From contig JBLGBN010000002.1 of assembly GCA_047617745.1 (NCBI GenBank), positions 6,746 to 70,745 of the forward strand: a stretch of DNA of 64,000 nt, written 5' to 3'. The notes under the pieces are model-generated. The model was given only the letters and a program-made list of their open reading frames with translations. It did no database searches and was not told where the DNA came from. The position numbers were made by a program, and so were the translations under genes. Below are positions 19,069 through 27,450 of the stretch, one piece after another. Position 1 is the stretch's first letter. Each line of letters starts with the position of its first letter. This DNA is from Candidatus Nanohaloarchaea archaeon (GTDB lineage Archaea; Nanohalarchaeota; Nanosalinia; Nanosalinales; Nanosalinaceae).

Positions 19069-20340
19069 ATGGATCTCGGGCATGTAAAGAGCTTCCTGAG
19101 TTCGGAAGACAGATCTCAGGAAAGCATATCACAGGACCGTAGAAAGGTGTTAATGAAGACAGGTATAGCCATGACAGGAGCAGCTGCTTTAGCAGGCTGT
19201 AATGACGGTCAAACAGAGGATCCATTACCCAACGGAACACCCGGAACAGACACACCAACACAAACAACAGAAAACACACCAACAGACGAGCCAAAAGAAA
19301 CACCACAAGAAGAAGGAGAAATAGAAAACCAAGCCGACCCCAACCTATCCTTCGAACAAGTCTACACAATGACTGAAGATGAGTTCCAGTCAGAATACAC
19401 AGAAGCATTCGACCCTAACGCCCAACACCTAGAAGAAGGAGAAATAAATGTTGTATTAGAACAGGACGAGAAAATCGACCAGTTAGAGAAAGCTAAAGAA
19501 ATAATAATTGAAAACGATGACGTAAATCCTAGAGATATAGGATCTGCACTGAAAGAAGTCGCCTACAACCAACTTGAATATGACACAGAAGAAGTAGTAA
19601 TCGATCCAAGAGCAACAGGCGGAGGAGGAAAATACTTCTCAATATTCACCAAGGAAGACGGCGACTGGCAGAAAAGCCTGAACAAACTAACATACCTCCT
19701 AAAAGACGGAGAAGAACCTACCAACAAGAACGAAGAACTTCTCCATGACATCTGGAACCAAGATATAATATCAAAAGGAGCAGCAACAGGATTCGAAACA
19801 TGGAGAGAAGGAGTAGAAAGATCCAACTTCTTCACAGAAAGAATGACTGGGCCTAGATCAGGACTGGCCTCAATGCGCAACCTCAACTACCTCACTGATG
19901 AGATAATTGTAAACGATTACAAGAGAGAAACTGATGCAGAAGGTAATAGGGATGCTAACTTCGGGGACATTAGCTTCACAAGACCTGTTGCTAATATGAT
20001 GAGGGATATCCAGGACTTCGATGAAAACGAAGTATTCAACGCCGAAGTCGAACTCACAAAAAACCTGACAGAATTCTACCACGGATCCTACGAACCAGAC
20101 GAAAATACGTTCATACAGGTAGCAACAGAAGAAGAACTGAAAACCGACTTGGAAGAAGACGTAGCAGATAAACCATACCAGCTAACAACCCTAGACGAAA
20201 CAACACTATACGCATCAGAAATCAACCGGGAAACCCATAAAGAAAACATCTGGAACAATACCGTGCCAGAGAGCCAGTTCCCTGAACATGAATACCCTGG
20301 TAACGTAAAATTACCTGAAGAAATTCTAGAAGACAAGTAG
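19069..20340 (+). CDS. Tat-signal lipoprotein, acidic, unknown function (paralog 1)
   Basis: Twin-arginine motif DRRKVLMKTG, hydrophobic core, and lipobox ALAGC. A T/P/E-rich linker (TPTQTTENTPTDEPKETPQEE) follows. The C-terminal half aligns with the 20641-21951 product. Confidence 0.8.
   Translation: MDLGHVKSFLSSEDRSQESISQDRRKVLMKTGIAMTGAAALAGCNDGQTEDPLPNGTPGTDTPTQTTENTPTDEPKETPQEEGEIENQADPNLSFEQVYTMTEDEFQSEYTEAFDPNAQHLEEGEINVVLEQDEKIDQLEKAKEIIIENDDVNPRDIGSALKEVAYNQLEYDTEEVVIDPRATGGGGKYFSIFTKEDGDWQKSLNKLTYLLKDGEEPTNKNEELLHDIWNQDIISKGAATGFETWREGVERSNFFTERMTGPRSGLASMRNLNYLTDEIIVNDYKRETDAEGNRDANFGDISFTRPVANMMRDIQDFDENEVFNAEVELTKNLTEFYHGSYEPDENTFIQVATEEELKTDLEEDVADKPYQLTTLDETTLYASEINRETHKENIWNNTVPESQFPEHEYPGNVKLPEEILEDK
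19177..19256. repeat. 80-nt patch, 78/80 identical to 20785-20864
   Basis: Hand alignment shows mismatches only at A/G (19227) and A/C (19245). The patch encodes the signal-peptide end, the lipobox and NDGQTEDPLPNGTPGTDT in both paralogs. Confidence 0.9.
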
Positions 20341-20352
20341 GAAGATAGAAGG

Positions 20353-20358
20353 TTTTTT
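20353..20358 (+). terminator. T6 tract 13 nt after the lipoprotein-1 stop
   Basis: Oligo-T is the usual archaeal termination signal. The paralog has a T6 in the equivalent position (21977-21982). Confidence 0.35.
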
Positions 20359-20599
20359 ACCCCCCATATTGGAAGACATCAACCGGATGCCTATTCTCCT
20401 GATAGGTGTTCTGTGGACCATCACTTCCTTCATAATCCTGAGGATATTCTGTTCCTGTCGGGAAGTGCGTGTATGGGTCTTCTCCAGATCCAAGCGTTGT
20501 GGTTGAACCGGATTTCTCACCCAACCACTGCTGCTCAGGATTATCGTTGCTCCCAAAAAACCTAGTGAAGTATATTTTATCACTCGAAGCTAGTAACAA
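20357..20599 (-). pseudogene. remnant of a giant secreted-protein gene (only the last ~60 codons retained)
   Basis: The fragment NDNPEQQWLGEKSGSTTTLGSGEDPYTHFP...QENRHPVDVF aligns with the C-terminus of the 880-aa protein (YDNPEQQWLGEKAGSTTTLGSGEDPYTHFP...QQNRHPRDVF). Its apparent start codon sits inside the shared promoter block, and it has no signal peptide. Confidence 0.6.
20459..20545. repeat. 87-nt patch, 85/87 identical to 22082-22168
   Basis: Hand alignment shows the only differences at 20510 and 20512. The patch covers the conserved C-terminal coding segment of the remnant and of the 880-aa gene. Confidence 0.9.
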
Positions 20600-20618
20600 A
20601 TTCCATCACATTTATAAT
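20592..20618 (+). promoter_or_regulatory. shared promoter block AGTAACAAATTCC-N5-ATTTATAAT upstream of lipoprotein gene 2
   Basis: Duplicate of 19020-19047. The A/T box is about 27 nt upstream of ATG 20641. Confidence 0.5.
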
Positions 20619-20640
20619 GCTGGCCACATAATAAAAACAT

Positions 20641-21951
20641 ATGACCAATTCCGGCAACGACCAAATGGGGAACGCACTGGAACAGGGAAGCAGCAACGAA
20701 CCTGCATCAGCACACCTAGAACCACAAAAGGAAGAAACAAAAATGAGCTCCACAAGGAGAAGCTTTCTAGCAACCATGACAGCAGGAGCAGCTGCTTTAG
20801 CAGGCTGTAATGACGGTCAAACAGAGGATCCATTGCCCAACGGAACACCCGGCACAGACACACCCGGAACACAAACAGAGGAAAACACACCAACAGAAAC
20901 AGAAGAGCCGGAACCAGAAATAGACACAATACAGGAAGTAGACGCAGACTTCGAAGAAGAATACAGAGAAACATACGACCAAGACCAAAACTCAATCCTA
21001 ACAGAACAAGAAGTCGGCGAACTACAACAACTAGACACCAAAATAGACCAGATAGAAAGAGCAGCAGAAATCCTCATAGACAGAAGAGGAGAAGAATGGG
21101 AAAACCTCGGCCCACAACAAAAAATCAACAAACAAATACAGACCGAAATAACAGAAAAACTCCGAGAAATCACCGACAACCAACTCGGATACAACCAAGA
21201 CGGCATCAACGACGTAATAATAAGAGACACAAAAGCCGGCGACTACCAAGACATCGCCTCCATCTTCACAAAAAACGACAACGGAGACTGGGAAAAACAT
21301 CTCGGAAAATGGGACACCATCAGAAAAAACAACGAACCACTTCAAGAACGCCCAGAAACCGAAGCAGAAGGAGTCACAAACGAAGCATGGGAACAAGACA
21401 ACCCATACCAAGGAATGGCAACATCAATCCACGTCTGGAGAGACGGAGTAGAAAAAGGCAACACACTGACCAGACTGCCTAACGAAAAAGAGATTTTAGG
21501 AGGATTTTCAGCTCTAGACCATGGAAATGATTCGATTATTGTAAACGAGAACAAAGAGATAGAAAACTGGGGAGAAATAGGTTACTCCAGAGAAGTATCA
21601 AACCTGCTGGTTGACATACAGGACCTTGATGAAAACGACGTATTCAACAAAGAAGTAGAACTCATGAGGAACCTGACCGAGTTCTACCACGGAGAATACG
21701 AAGCCGGGCCCAACAACTTCATTGCAGTTGCGACAGGGCAACAGCTCGAAGAAGACATGGAGGAAGGACTGGCCGAAGATGCATACGAACTTGTTGAAAT
21801 CAACGACAAAAAACTCTACGCATCAGAAGTCAACCTCGAACAACACAAAGAAGACACTTGGAATATACAGATCCCTGAAAACAAATGGCCGGAAAGAGAC
21901 TACCCAGGCAACGTCAGCCTACCTGAAAGACTCTATGAAGACGATACCTGA
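20641..21951 (+). CDS. Tat-signal lipoprotein, acidic, unknown function (paralog 2)
   Basis: STRRSFLATMTAGAAALAGC (twin-Arg plus lipobox), a T/P/E linker, and a C-terminal region homologous to paralog 1 (RNLTEFYHG.YE, LYASE.N, YPGNV.LPE). ATG 20743 is an alternative start. I prefer 20641 because its TATA spacing matches paralog 1. Confidence 0.8.
   Translation: MTNSGNDQMGNALEQGSSNEPASAHLEPQKEETKMSSTRRSFLATMTAGAAALAGCNDGQTEDPLPNGTPGTDTPGTQTEENTPTETEEPEPEIDTIQEVDADFEEEYRETYDQDQNSILTEQEVGELQQLDTKIDQIERAAEILIDRRGEEWENLGPQQKINKQIQTEITEKLREITDNQLGYNQDGINDVIIRDTKAGDYQDIASIFTKNDNGDWEKHLGKWDTIRKNNEPLQERPETEAEGVTNEAWEQDNPYQGMATSIHVWRDGVEKGNTLTRLPNEKEILGGFSALDHGNDSIIVNENKEIENWGEIGYSREVSNLLVDIQDLDENDVFNKEVELMRNLTEFYHGEYEAGPNNFIAVATGQQLEEDMEEGLAEDAYELVEINDKKLYASEVNLEQHKEDTWNIQIPENKWPERDYPGNVSLPERLYEDDT
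20785..20864. repeat. second copy of the 80-nt near-identical patch
   Basis: See 19177-19256. Confidence 0.9.
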
Positions 21952-21976
21952 AGGCACCTCAATTAATAACACTATC

Positions 21977-21982
21977 TTTTTT
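21977..21982 (+). terminator. T6 tract after the lipoprotein-2 stop, between convergent genes
   Basis: An oligo-T run in the 37-nt convergent spacer. Confidence 0.3.
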
Positions 21983-21988
21983 CCATTT

Positions 21989-24631
21989 CTAATTACCAGT
22001 CTGTAGGAATACATCTCTAGGATGACGGTTCTGCTGATAAGGACCTACTACAGCTGTCTGCCCCGGATATGTATTTTCCTGCGGGAAGTGCGTGTATGGG
22101 TCTTCTCCAGATCCAAGCGTTGTGGTTGAACCCGCTTTCTCACCCAACCACTGCTGCTCAGGATTATCATACTGGTCATAGTAGCTGCCAGGGTACGGAA
22201 CCTGGATAGCACTGGTTTCGGTACTAATTCTCCCAAAACCAGGATCTTCACCGGCTCCATTCGTTCCTTCAACTATATACCCCGTTCCTTCACTGCTTGG
22301 AGCACCACCGTTTTCGTAGAGTGTGACTGCTCCTGACATTCCTGCTGTATCTGCATCATTTATCTTCTGTCTTAAACCGAATGTACATGCGTACTGCCTG
22401 TTGTCCTGTTCTACGTTGGAGTTTGAAGGCATTTCTCCTACAAGGTACATGTCGCCACCTGTGTACTCGGTTGACATTTTAACCAGGTTGTCTCCGGTTG
22501 GCATGTCCTGTGGATCAGCTGGTCCGTGCCAGCACTCCGCCATAGCTTCCAGAGGCTCTGAACCTGCTACACCTTCCGGGTCCACACCTGTTGCTCCCTC
22601 CCATTTCTGGATCTCGGAAGCGTTTATCTGTAGACCTGCGTAGTTGCCAGGTATCTCGGTTGACTGAAGTGCGTAAGTATTGACCGTTATAGCCTGGGCT
22701 TCAGCAGGGAAGTCACATTCCCATGCTCCTGCAGAATCCTCTCCTACGTATGTCCAGACCTTTGGATCCTGGCACTTGCCGGCGAATCCTCCAGCGAAGG
22801 TGTCATAATCACCCATCGTTCCCTCCGAGTAAACGTTGTCGTTAATATCTCCGGCATTAGCTGTCAGCCATGCAGTTTCAAAGTTGTCCGGGTTATCGTT
22901 ATGGTATCCATCCAGTTCCTGCATATTTTTGTCTGCCCAGTTCCGGACTTCGTGTGGCTGTCTAAACCTTGTCTTGTATTCCATTTCTGCCTGGTGAAGT
23001 GTCTGGAAACCTGTGTTCGGGACGAAACCGTTTTCGTTCGCCCATTCAGGTCCGGTAGGTATCGCTTCCAGAGGGACAAAGTACTGTACCGCCGGCATCG
23101 GATCCTGCGCAAAGCCTCCACTGTCGGCAACTTCATTGTAGCTATCTGCACAGAAACTATCTGCATCTCCCACAGAAGGCCCACCGTATGATGTTGCTGC
23201 ACCAATTGTAGTAGCTGTACTCTGGTCAACTGTTTCGGTACATCCAAACTCTACAGGCTCCTTATTTCCATCATAGTCGAGCTGTGACGCCTGCTGTTTC
23301 TGATTATAATCACAGGAAGAGTAAGGAGACTCCGATCCAGGGCTGTACGCGCTCTGTATATCAGAGACTGATGAAACCGGATCGTAGAAAGCAGCTTTGT
23401 TGCCGCTTGAATCCTTAGCTACAACAGGCTGTGTACAGTCCACCTCAATCTCTGCCTGTTCCCTGTTGTTGCTGCATATATCGTCTTCCAGATCCGTTTC
23501 TCCATCATCATTATTGTCTACGCCATCCTCGCATGACTGTACTGAAACCCAGCTGTAAGGTTCCGGTGTACCACCGTAAGGACCTTTAGGTTCAATATTC
23601 CAGTTTGAGCCATCTGTGTAACATCGGTAAAGTCCTTCCTCGAAGTAACTCGTGTTGGTATCAACTGTCTGGCCGCCACTTCCATCTCTACACAGCCAGA
23701 ATCCGTGCCTTCCTGTCTGACCTGCCGGGACCTCCTCAGCACCGACCGCTAGTTCGCTGTATGCTACCGGGATCCCATCCGAGCCCTGTATCTGGTAAGA
23801 CCTTCCGGCATGAATAGGGCTTATATCGTTAGGAAGCCATGAATTAGCCCCATCATTGAACTGGTTATCATCTGTAAAGCTTTTGGTGGCTATAGAGCAA
23901 GGGTCATCATCGCAGTTCCCATCCTGAAATGTACCGCCGCCACTAGCTAACTGGCAGTCACCTCCTCCTTGATCCATCTCAGCCTGATCACAGTCCAGTA
24001 CAGAAGAAAGTTTTGATTCTATTATGCCGTCAGATGCTTTAAAAGTGCCTCGTTCATTTGTAGGGCCGGTATCTGTCTCCCTTATCATCATTACGCCTGA
24101 ATCTGCCTGTGGAGAGGGATTAGTGCTCCATTCTTGGTTAGTTAAGAACATCGCATGTAGAACGTGAGGGTTCACACCAGTCTCCATCTGAATGTAAAGA
24201 TATGGCGCATAGTTCTTGGAACCGGAGTTAGCCTGGACATCAAGAGAACCTCCGGAATGAGTGGTATCTTCTCCCGGAACCGGATCTGTTAAACTTATCT
24301 CAAATTCTCCCAGCGGACATGAGTAATCTCTTGGAACATTTATAGATGTCTTACCATACGGATTAGTTCTAGAGCCTGCCTGATCCTGATACTGTCTCTC
24401 TCCCGTTTCTGTAGTATGAAGTTCAAACGTTTTGGTAACACCACAGATCTCTACCTCGGTACTGGAGCAGTCTGCTCCTGTGACACAATCATAGTTCTCA
24501 ACATCGATAACAAGATTTGTTGACTCACCATAATTTACCTCCTCATTGGGAAAGTTGAACTCCATCTGTGCAGAACCTAAACTTAGCAAGAATGAAGTTA
24601 ACAGTAATACTGCCGCCAGCTTTCTTATCAT
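21989..24631 (-). CDS. large hyper-acidic cysteine-rich secreted protein (no membrane anchor)
   Basis: Sec-type signal peptide MIRKLAAVLLLTSFLLSLGSAQ, many Cys, and a CEDGVDNNDDGETDLEDDIC motif. There is no C-terminal hydrophobic segment. A TATA-like TTTTTATTC lies about 25 nt upstream of ATG 24631. Confidence 0.85.
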   Translation of the reverse strand: MIRKLAAVLLLTSFLLSLGSAQMEFNFPNEEVNYGESTNLVIDVENYDCVTGADCSSTEVEICGVTKTFELHTTETGERQYQDQAGSRTNPYGKTSINVPRDYSCPLGEFEISLTDPVPGEDTTHSGGSLDVQANSGSKNYAPYLYIQMETGVNPHVLHAMFLTNQEWSTNPSPQADSGVMMIRETDTGPTNERGTFKASDGIIESKLSSVLDCDQAEMDQGGGDCQLASGGGTFQDGNCDDDPCSIATKSFTDDNQFNDGANSWLPNDISPIHAGRSYQIQGSDGIPVAYSELAVGAEEVPAGQTGRHGFWLCRDGSGGQTVDTNTSYFEEGLYRCYTDGSNWNIEPKGPYGGTPEPYSWVSVQSCEDGVDNNDDGETDLEDDICSNNREQAEIEVDCTQPVVAKDSSGNKAAFYDPVSSVSDIQSAYSPGSESPYSSCDYNQKQQASQLDYDGNKEPVEFGCTETVDQSTATTIGAATSYGGPSVGDADSFCADSYNEVADSGGFAQDPMPAVQYFVPLEAIPTGPEWANENGFVPNTGFQTLHQAEMEYKTRFRQPHEVRNWADKNMQELDGYHNDNPDNFETAWLTANAGDINDNVYSEGTMGDYDTFAGGFAGKCQDPKVWTYVGEDSAGAWECDFPAEAQAITVNTYALQSTEIPGNYAGLQINASEIQKWEGATGVDPEGVAGSEPLEAMAECWHGPADPQDMPTGDNLVKMSTEYTGGDMYLVGEMPSNSNVEQDNRQYACTFGLRQKINDADTAGMSGAVTLYENGGAPSSEGTGYIVEGTNGAGEDPGFGRISTETSAIQVPYPGSYYDQYDNPEQQWLGEKAGSTTTLGSGEDPYTHFPQENTYPGQTAVVGPYQQNRHPRDVFLQTGN
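22082..22168. repeat. second copy of the 87-nt near-identical patch
   Basis: See 20459-20545. Confidence 0.9.
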
Positions 24632-24699
24632 ATAAAATGGAGCGTTACTCTTGAATAAAAACTTTCGGAAAAAAGAAAGGGAAGAAATGTGGAGACCAG

Positions 24700-25980
24700 C
24701 TACCTTATCATGTTCCAGATCAGCTGGTCCCGGGCTTTGAGCAGATCGGCTTGCTCTCCGCCTGAGGGCATTGCACCCATGACTCCCATGTAGGAGACCT
24801 CCTCTTCTTCCTGTTCCTCGTACTCTTCCCAGTACTTTCTCAAACGGTTGTGAACGCCCGCAACTTCATCACGTGTGTTACCTGCTCCACAGGTGTTGCC
24901 GACTCCGACAACTGCGACTTCTCCATCGAACTCTTTGACCAGTTCTTCGACTTTCGCCACGGCCGGTTTGTAGGCCTCGTAGATCTCCTTCTTCATCGGT
25001 TTCGATGCTTCAGGAGGACTTTGTTTGATAATTATTCCTTCAAGCGGGATGTCGTGCTCTACCGCTACATCCTCTATCTTGGATTTTTCTACTCCTGGAC
25101 CTCCCATCATTACTCCAACTCCTTCTGAGATTGAACCGGTTTCCTCGCCTTCAAACTTTGCTCCGGCGTCTACAGTGATGATCGCTTCCAGGTCGTTTTC
25201 TTCGGCAATTGTCTCAAGTGCGTCGCCGTACTTTCCTAACCGGGATCCAGGCCCGCTGCTTTTGACTACGTGAACTGTTTCATCTGCGATCTGCTCCTCG
25301 CTGTGCACAATGTTTTCAGCTACCTCTTCAACTTCTTCGCTCTCGATCAGCTTCGCAGCCACAAGCGGACCGATTGTGTCACCGATAGGTGCCTGGTCGA
25401 TGAAGGCTCTCGTTGCCTCTTTCTGTGACTCCGCGAGCTCTTTGTAGATCGGAACCATCATTGTAACCATCTGTACAAGGTAGATCATCTGTGTCTTCTT
25501 GATTAACTGTCTGAAATGTCTCATTACCTTGAAGATCTGGTGAGTTCCCATAACTCCCTTGAAAGCCATGTTGAGATCGGCCAGTTCCTCTTCGTCTTCA
25601 GTTTCTGCATTTGCGTGAACGAATCTCTTGAATTTGTCTTCAGAGGAGTCAAGCACGTTCTCCAGCTTTCCGACCATACCTGCCGGGTCTATACCGGTTG
25701 GAGCGGAGAACTTGAAGTCTCGCAATGATTCAAACTTGTTCCTAGTTCCATCCTCCATACCGGAGTTGAACTTGTCCAGGAACATTACCTCGGTGTCGTT
25801 TCTGTAGGCCTCAAGATCAACCAGTGCGGACTCCAGCTTTCTGTCCGCCTGCCATATCATTATTTTCGGGAAAAATACCAGTAAAGCCGGCAGTATCAGA
25901 AATGATAGTATCTGTACAACCATGAAGATTTGCTGGAGTAAACCGTCACCGCCAATAGCGAAAAGTCCTTCTAGAACCAT
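24700..25980 (-). CDS. conserved archaeal membrane-associated protein (DUF1512-like, tentative)
   Basis: N-terminal TM helix (IFMVVQILSFLILPALLVFFP) followed by a soluble domain (GPGSRLGKYGD, VGVGNTCGAGNT). It is on the same strand as the 880-aa gene, 68 nt upstream. The family assignment is from memory and is not verified. Confidence 0.55.
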   Translation of the reverse strand: MVLEGLFAIGGDGLLQQIFMVVQILSFLILPALLVFFPKIMIWQADRKLESALVDLEAYRNDTEVMFLDKFNSGMEDGTRNKFESLRDFKFSAPTGIDPAGMVGKLENVLDSSEDKFKRFVHANAETEDEEELADLNMAFKGVMGTHQIFKVMRHFRQLIKKTQMIYLVQMVTMMVPIYKELAESQKEATRAFIDQAPIGDTIGPLVAAKLIESEEVEEVAENIVHSEEQIADETVHVVKSSGPGSRLGKYGDALETIAEENDLEAIITVDAGAKFEGEETGSISEGVGVMMGGPGVEKSKIEDVAVEHDIPLEGIIIKQSPPEASKPMKKEIYEAYKPAVAKVEELVKEFDGEVAVVGVGNTCGAGNTRDEVAGVHNRLRKYWEEYEEQEEEEVSYMGVMGAMPSGGEQADLLKARDQLIWNMIR

Positions 25981-26137
25981 AGAAACTGGTTAATCTGAAC
26001 CTTTATAATTCCTGTCAACAGCAGATTGAAAAAGCTGAAAAGCGCTAAAAATAGGCCTAAAGAGCCTAGCTATCACTTTTTGTTAAAAACACATCGGCAT
26101 TTATTTCCGGCCCTCAATGAAGGATGTGGAAGAACCC

Positions 26138-26299
26138 TTATTCCTGTTTAGCTGTCTTCAGCTGTGAGTTGATCACAATGTTCTGCTGGCGCGACCACTC
26201 TTCATCAGAGTGATTCTTAATATATTCCACCCATTGCGTGATAAATTCTCTTCTCTGCTCCTTGTTTCTTTCCTTCTTCTGCTCAAGATCTGAGTTCAT
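26138..26299 (-). CDS. small ORF (53 aa) overlapping the 3' end of the nucleotidyltransferase-like gene
   Basis: Hand translation gives MNSDLEQKKERNKEQRREFITQWVEYIKNHSDEEWSRQQNIVINSQLKTAKQE. The ATG at 26299 overlaps the upstream gene by 17 nt. The ORF is below the 60-aa cutoff of the ORF track. Confidence 0.4.
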   Translation of the reverse strand: MNSDLEQKKERNKEQRREFITQWVEYIKNHSDEEWSRQQNIVINSQLKTAKQE

Positions 26300-26750
26300 C
26301 TAGCTCCTCACCTACATCTAGCTTTTTGGCTAGATCGTTAAGTCTTTTTCGATTTAGATCATCCTTAAACAGACAGAATAAATGAAGTGCATCCTCTAGA
26401 TCTTTCTCCGATCCGAGGAATAGTTTATAAGCTATCTGGAGCTCAAGCGGGCTGATAAAAAGTTCTTCATCACTCATTTGAACTTTAATCCTGTTATCAA
26501 GAGCCTCTTCATCAAACTGATCCTCAGGATAGAAAAGCTCAAAATTAGGTATGATGTTTCCTTCCTTGGCAATCCTAACCGATATCCCATCCTCTAGAAA
26601 CAAATCTATCTCATCAAGATCCTGATTTATACACCAGTAACTCTCAGCTCGGAACTCCGCTATCAGTTTATCAAGAGTCTTATCATCAAGACGAGGAATT
26701 ATCACATCTATATCCTCAGTTCCTCTAGACCGGCCTGTCAGTATGGCCAC
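26283..26750 (-). CDS. nucleotidyltransferase-fold protein (possibly 5'-disrupted)
   Basis: GYVAILTGRSRGTEDIDVII resembles the G-x-x-A...G-x-x-R-x-T-x-D-I-D pattern of minimal NTases. The only in-frame start (GTG 26750) falls inside this motif. The frame stays open upstream to 26822 without any start codon. Confidence 0.5.
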   Translation of the reverse strand: MAILTGRSRGTEDIDVIIPRLDDKTLDKLIAEFRAESYWCINQDLDEIDLFLEDGISVRIAKEGNIIPNFELFYPEDQFDEEALDNRIKVQMSDEELFISPLELQIAYKLFLGSEKDLEDALHLFCLFKDDLNRKRLNDLAKKLDVGEELDELRS

Positions 26751-26846
26751 ATATCCACTTACGATAACGTACTCAACTCCTACATTATCGAAAACTTCAG
26801 TAAACTGGACAACTCCATGTTTCTAACTGCTTCTTTCCACCTTTAA

Positions 26847-27410
26847 TCACTTTTCTTTCAGCTCTCCTATCATAGCATTCAGTTCTTCAGGAGATGGGTT
26901 GGATTCAAGTACCGCCTCCACAGTTTTTTCAGGCAGTTCCTGCTTGAGAACCTTTTTCTGACCGTTTTCGACAGATTTTTCCTGTTCAAAGCTGGAGAAA
27001 CTATGCATCAGTATGGCCGCGGCATGGCTCTGGTTAATAGAGGAATACTCTTCCGTGAAAATATGGACAACTGCGTCACACAGTCCAAGTTCTTCTTCGG
27101 TTAGGCCAGAGCTTTCCCTGCCTATCATTATAGATGTCTCACCGGAAGGACTGAACTCCCGAGCTGAAACACCTTTACCCGGTTTCGTACCGACCACATA
27201 ATTCAAATCCTCCACTGCTTTCTCCACAGAATCAAAAATTCTGGCATCCCGAAGCTTGTCCTGAGCGTTCGAGGCGGTTTTCCGCGCCTCAGAAATGTTG
27301 AAACCAGGATTCACCAAACGTAGTTCATAACCAAAATTGGCCGATAAACGGGCTATAAAACCGGTGTTTTCCGGTATCTCAGGTTCAACCAGAACGATTT
27401 TTCTCTCCAT
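26847..27410 (-). CDS. SPOUT (SpoU/TrmH-TrmJ type) RNA 2'-O-methyltransferase
   Basis: The N-terminal VLVEPEIPENTGFIARLSANFG and the knot region MIGRESSGLTEEE...INQSHAAAI are typical of archaeal TrmJ-like enzymes. Confidence 0.8.
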   Translation of the reverse strand: MERKIVLVEPEIPENTGFIARLSANFGYELRLVNPGFNISEARKTASNAQDKLRDARIFDSVEKAVEDLNYVVGTKPGKGVSAREFSPSGETSIMIGRESSGLTEEELGLCDAVVHIFTEEYSSINQSHAAAILMHSFSSFEQEKSVENGQKKVLKQELPEKTVEAVLESNPSPEELNAMIGELKEK

Positions 27411-27450
27411 AACAATTCAGAACTTTACCCGGAAAATCTTTTCTAACTAA

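Noticed and set aside
19067-21554. Several minus-strand ORFs (63-137 aa) antisense to the two lipoprotein genes, and plus-strand ORF 21096-21482
   Set aside because: Their low-complexity Cys/Leu/Phe/Val or Arg/Lys-rich translations mirror the codon bias of the real acidic genes. They have no start context.
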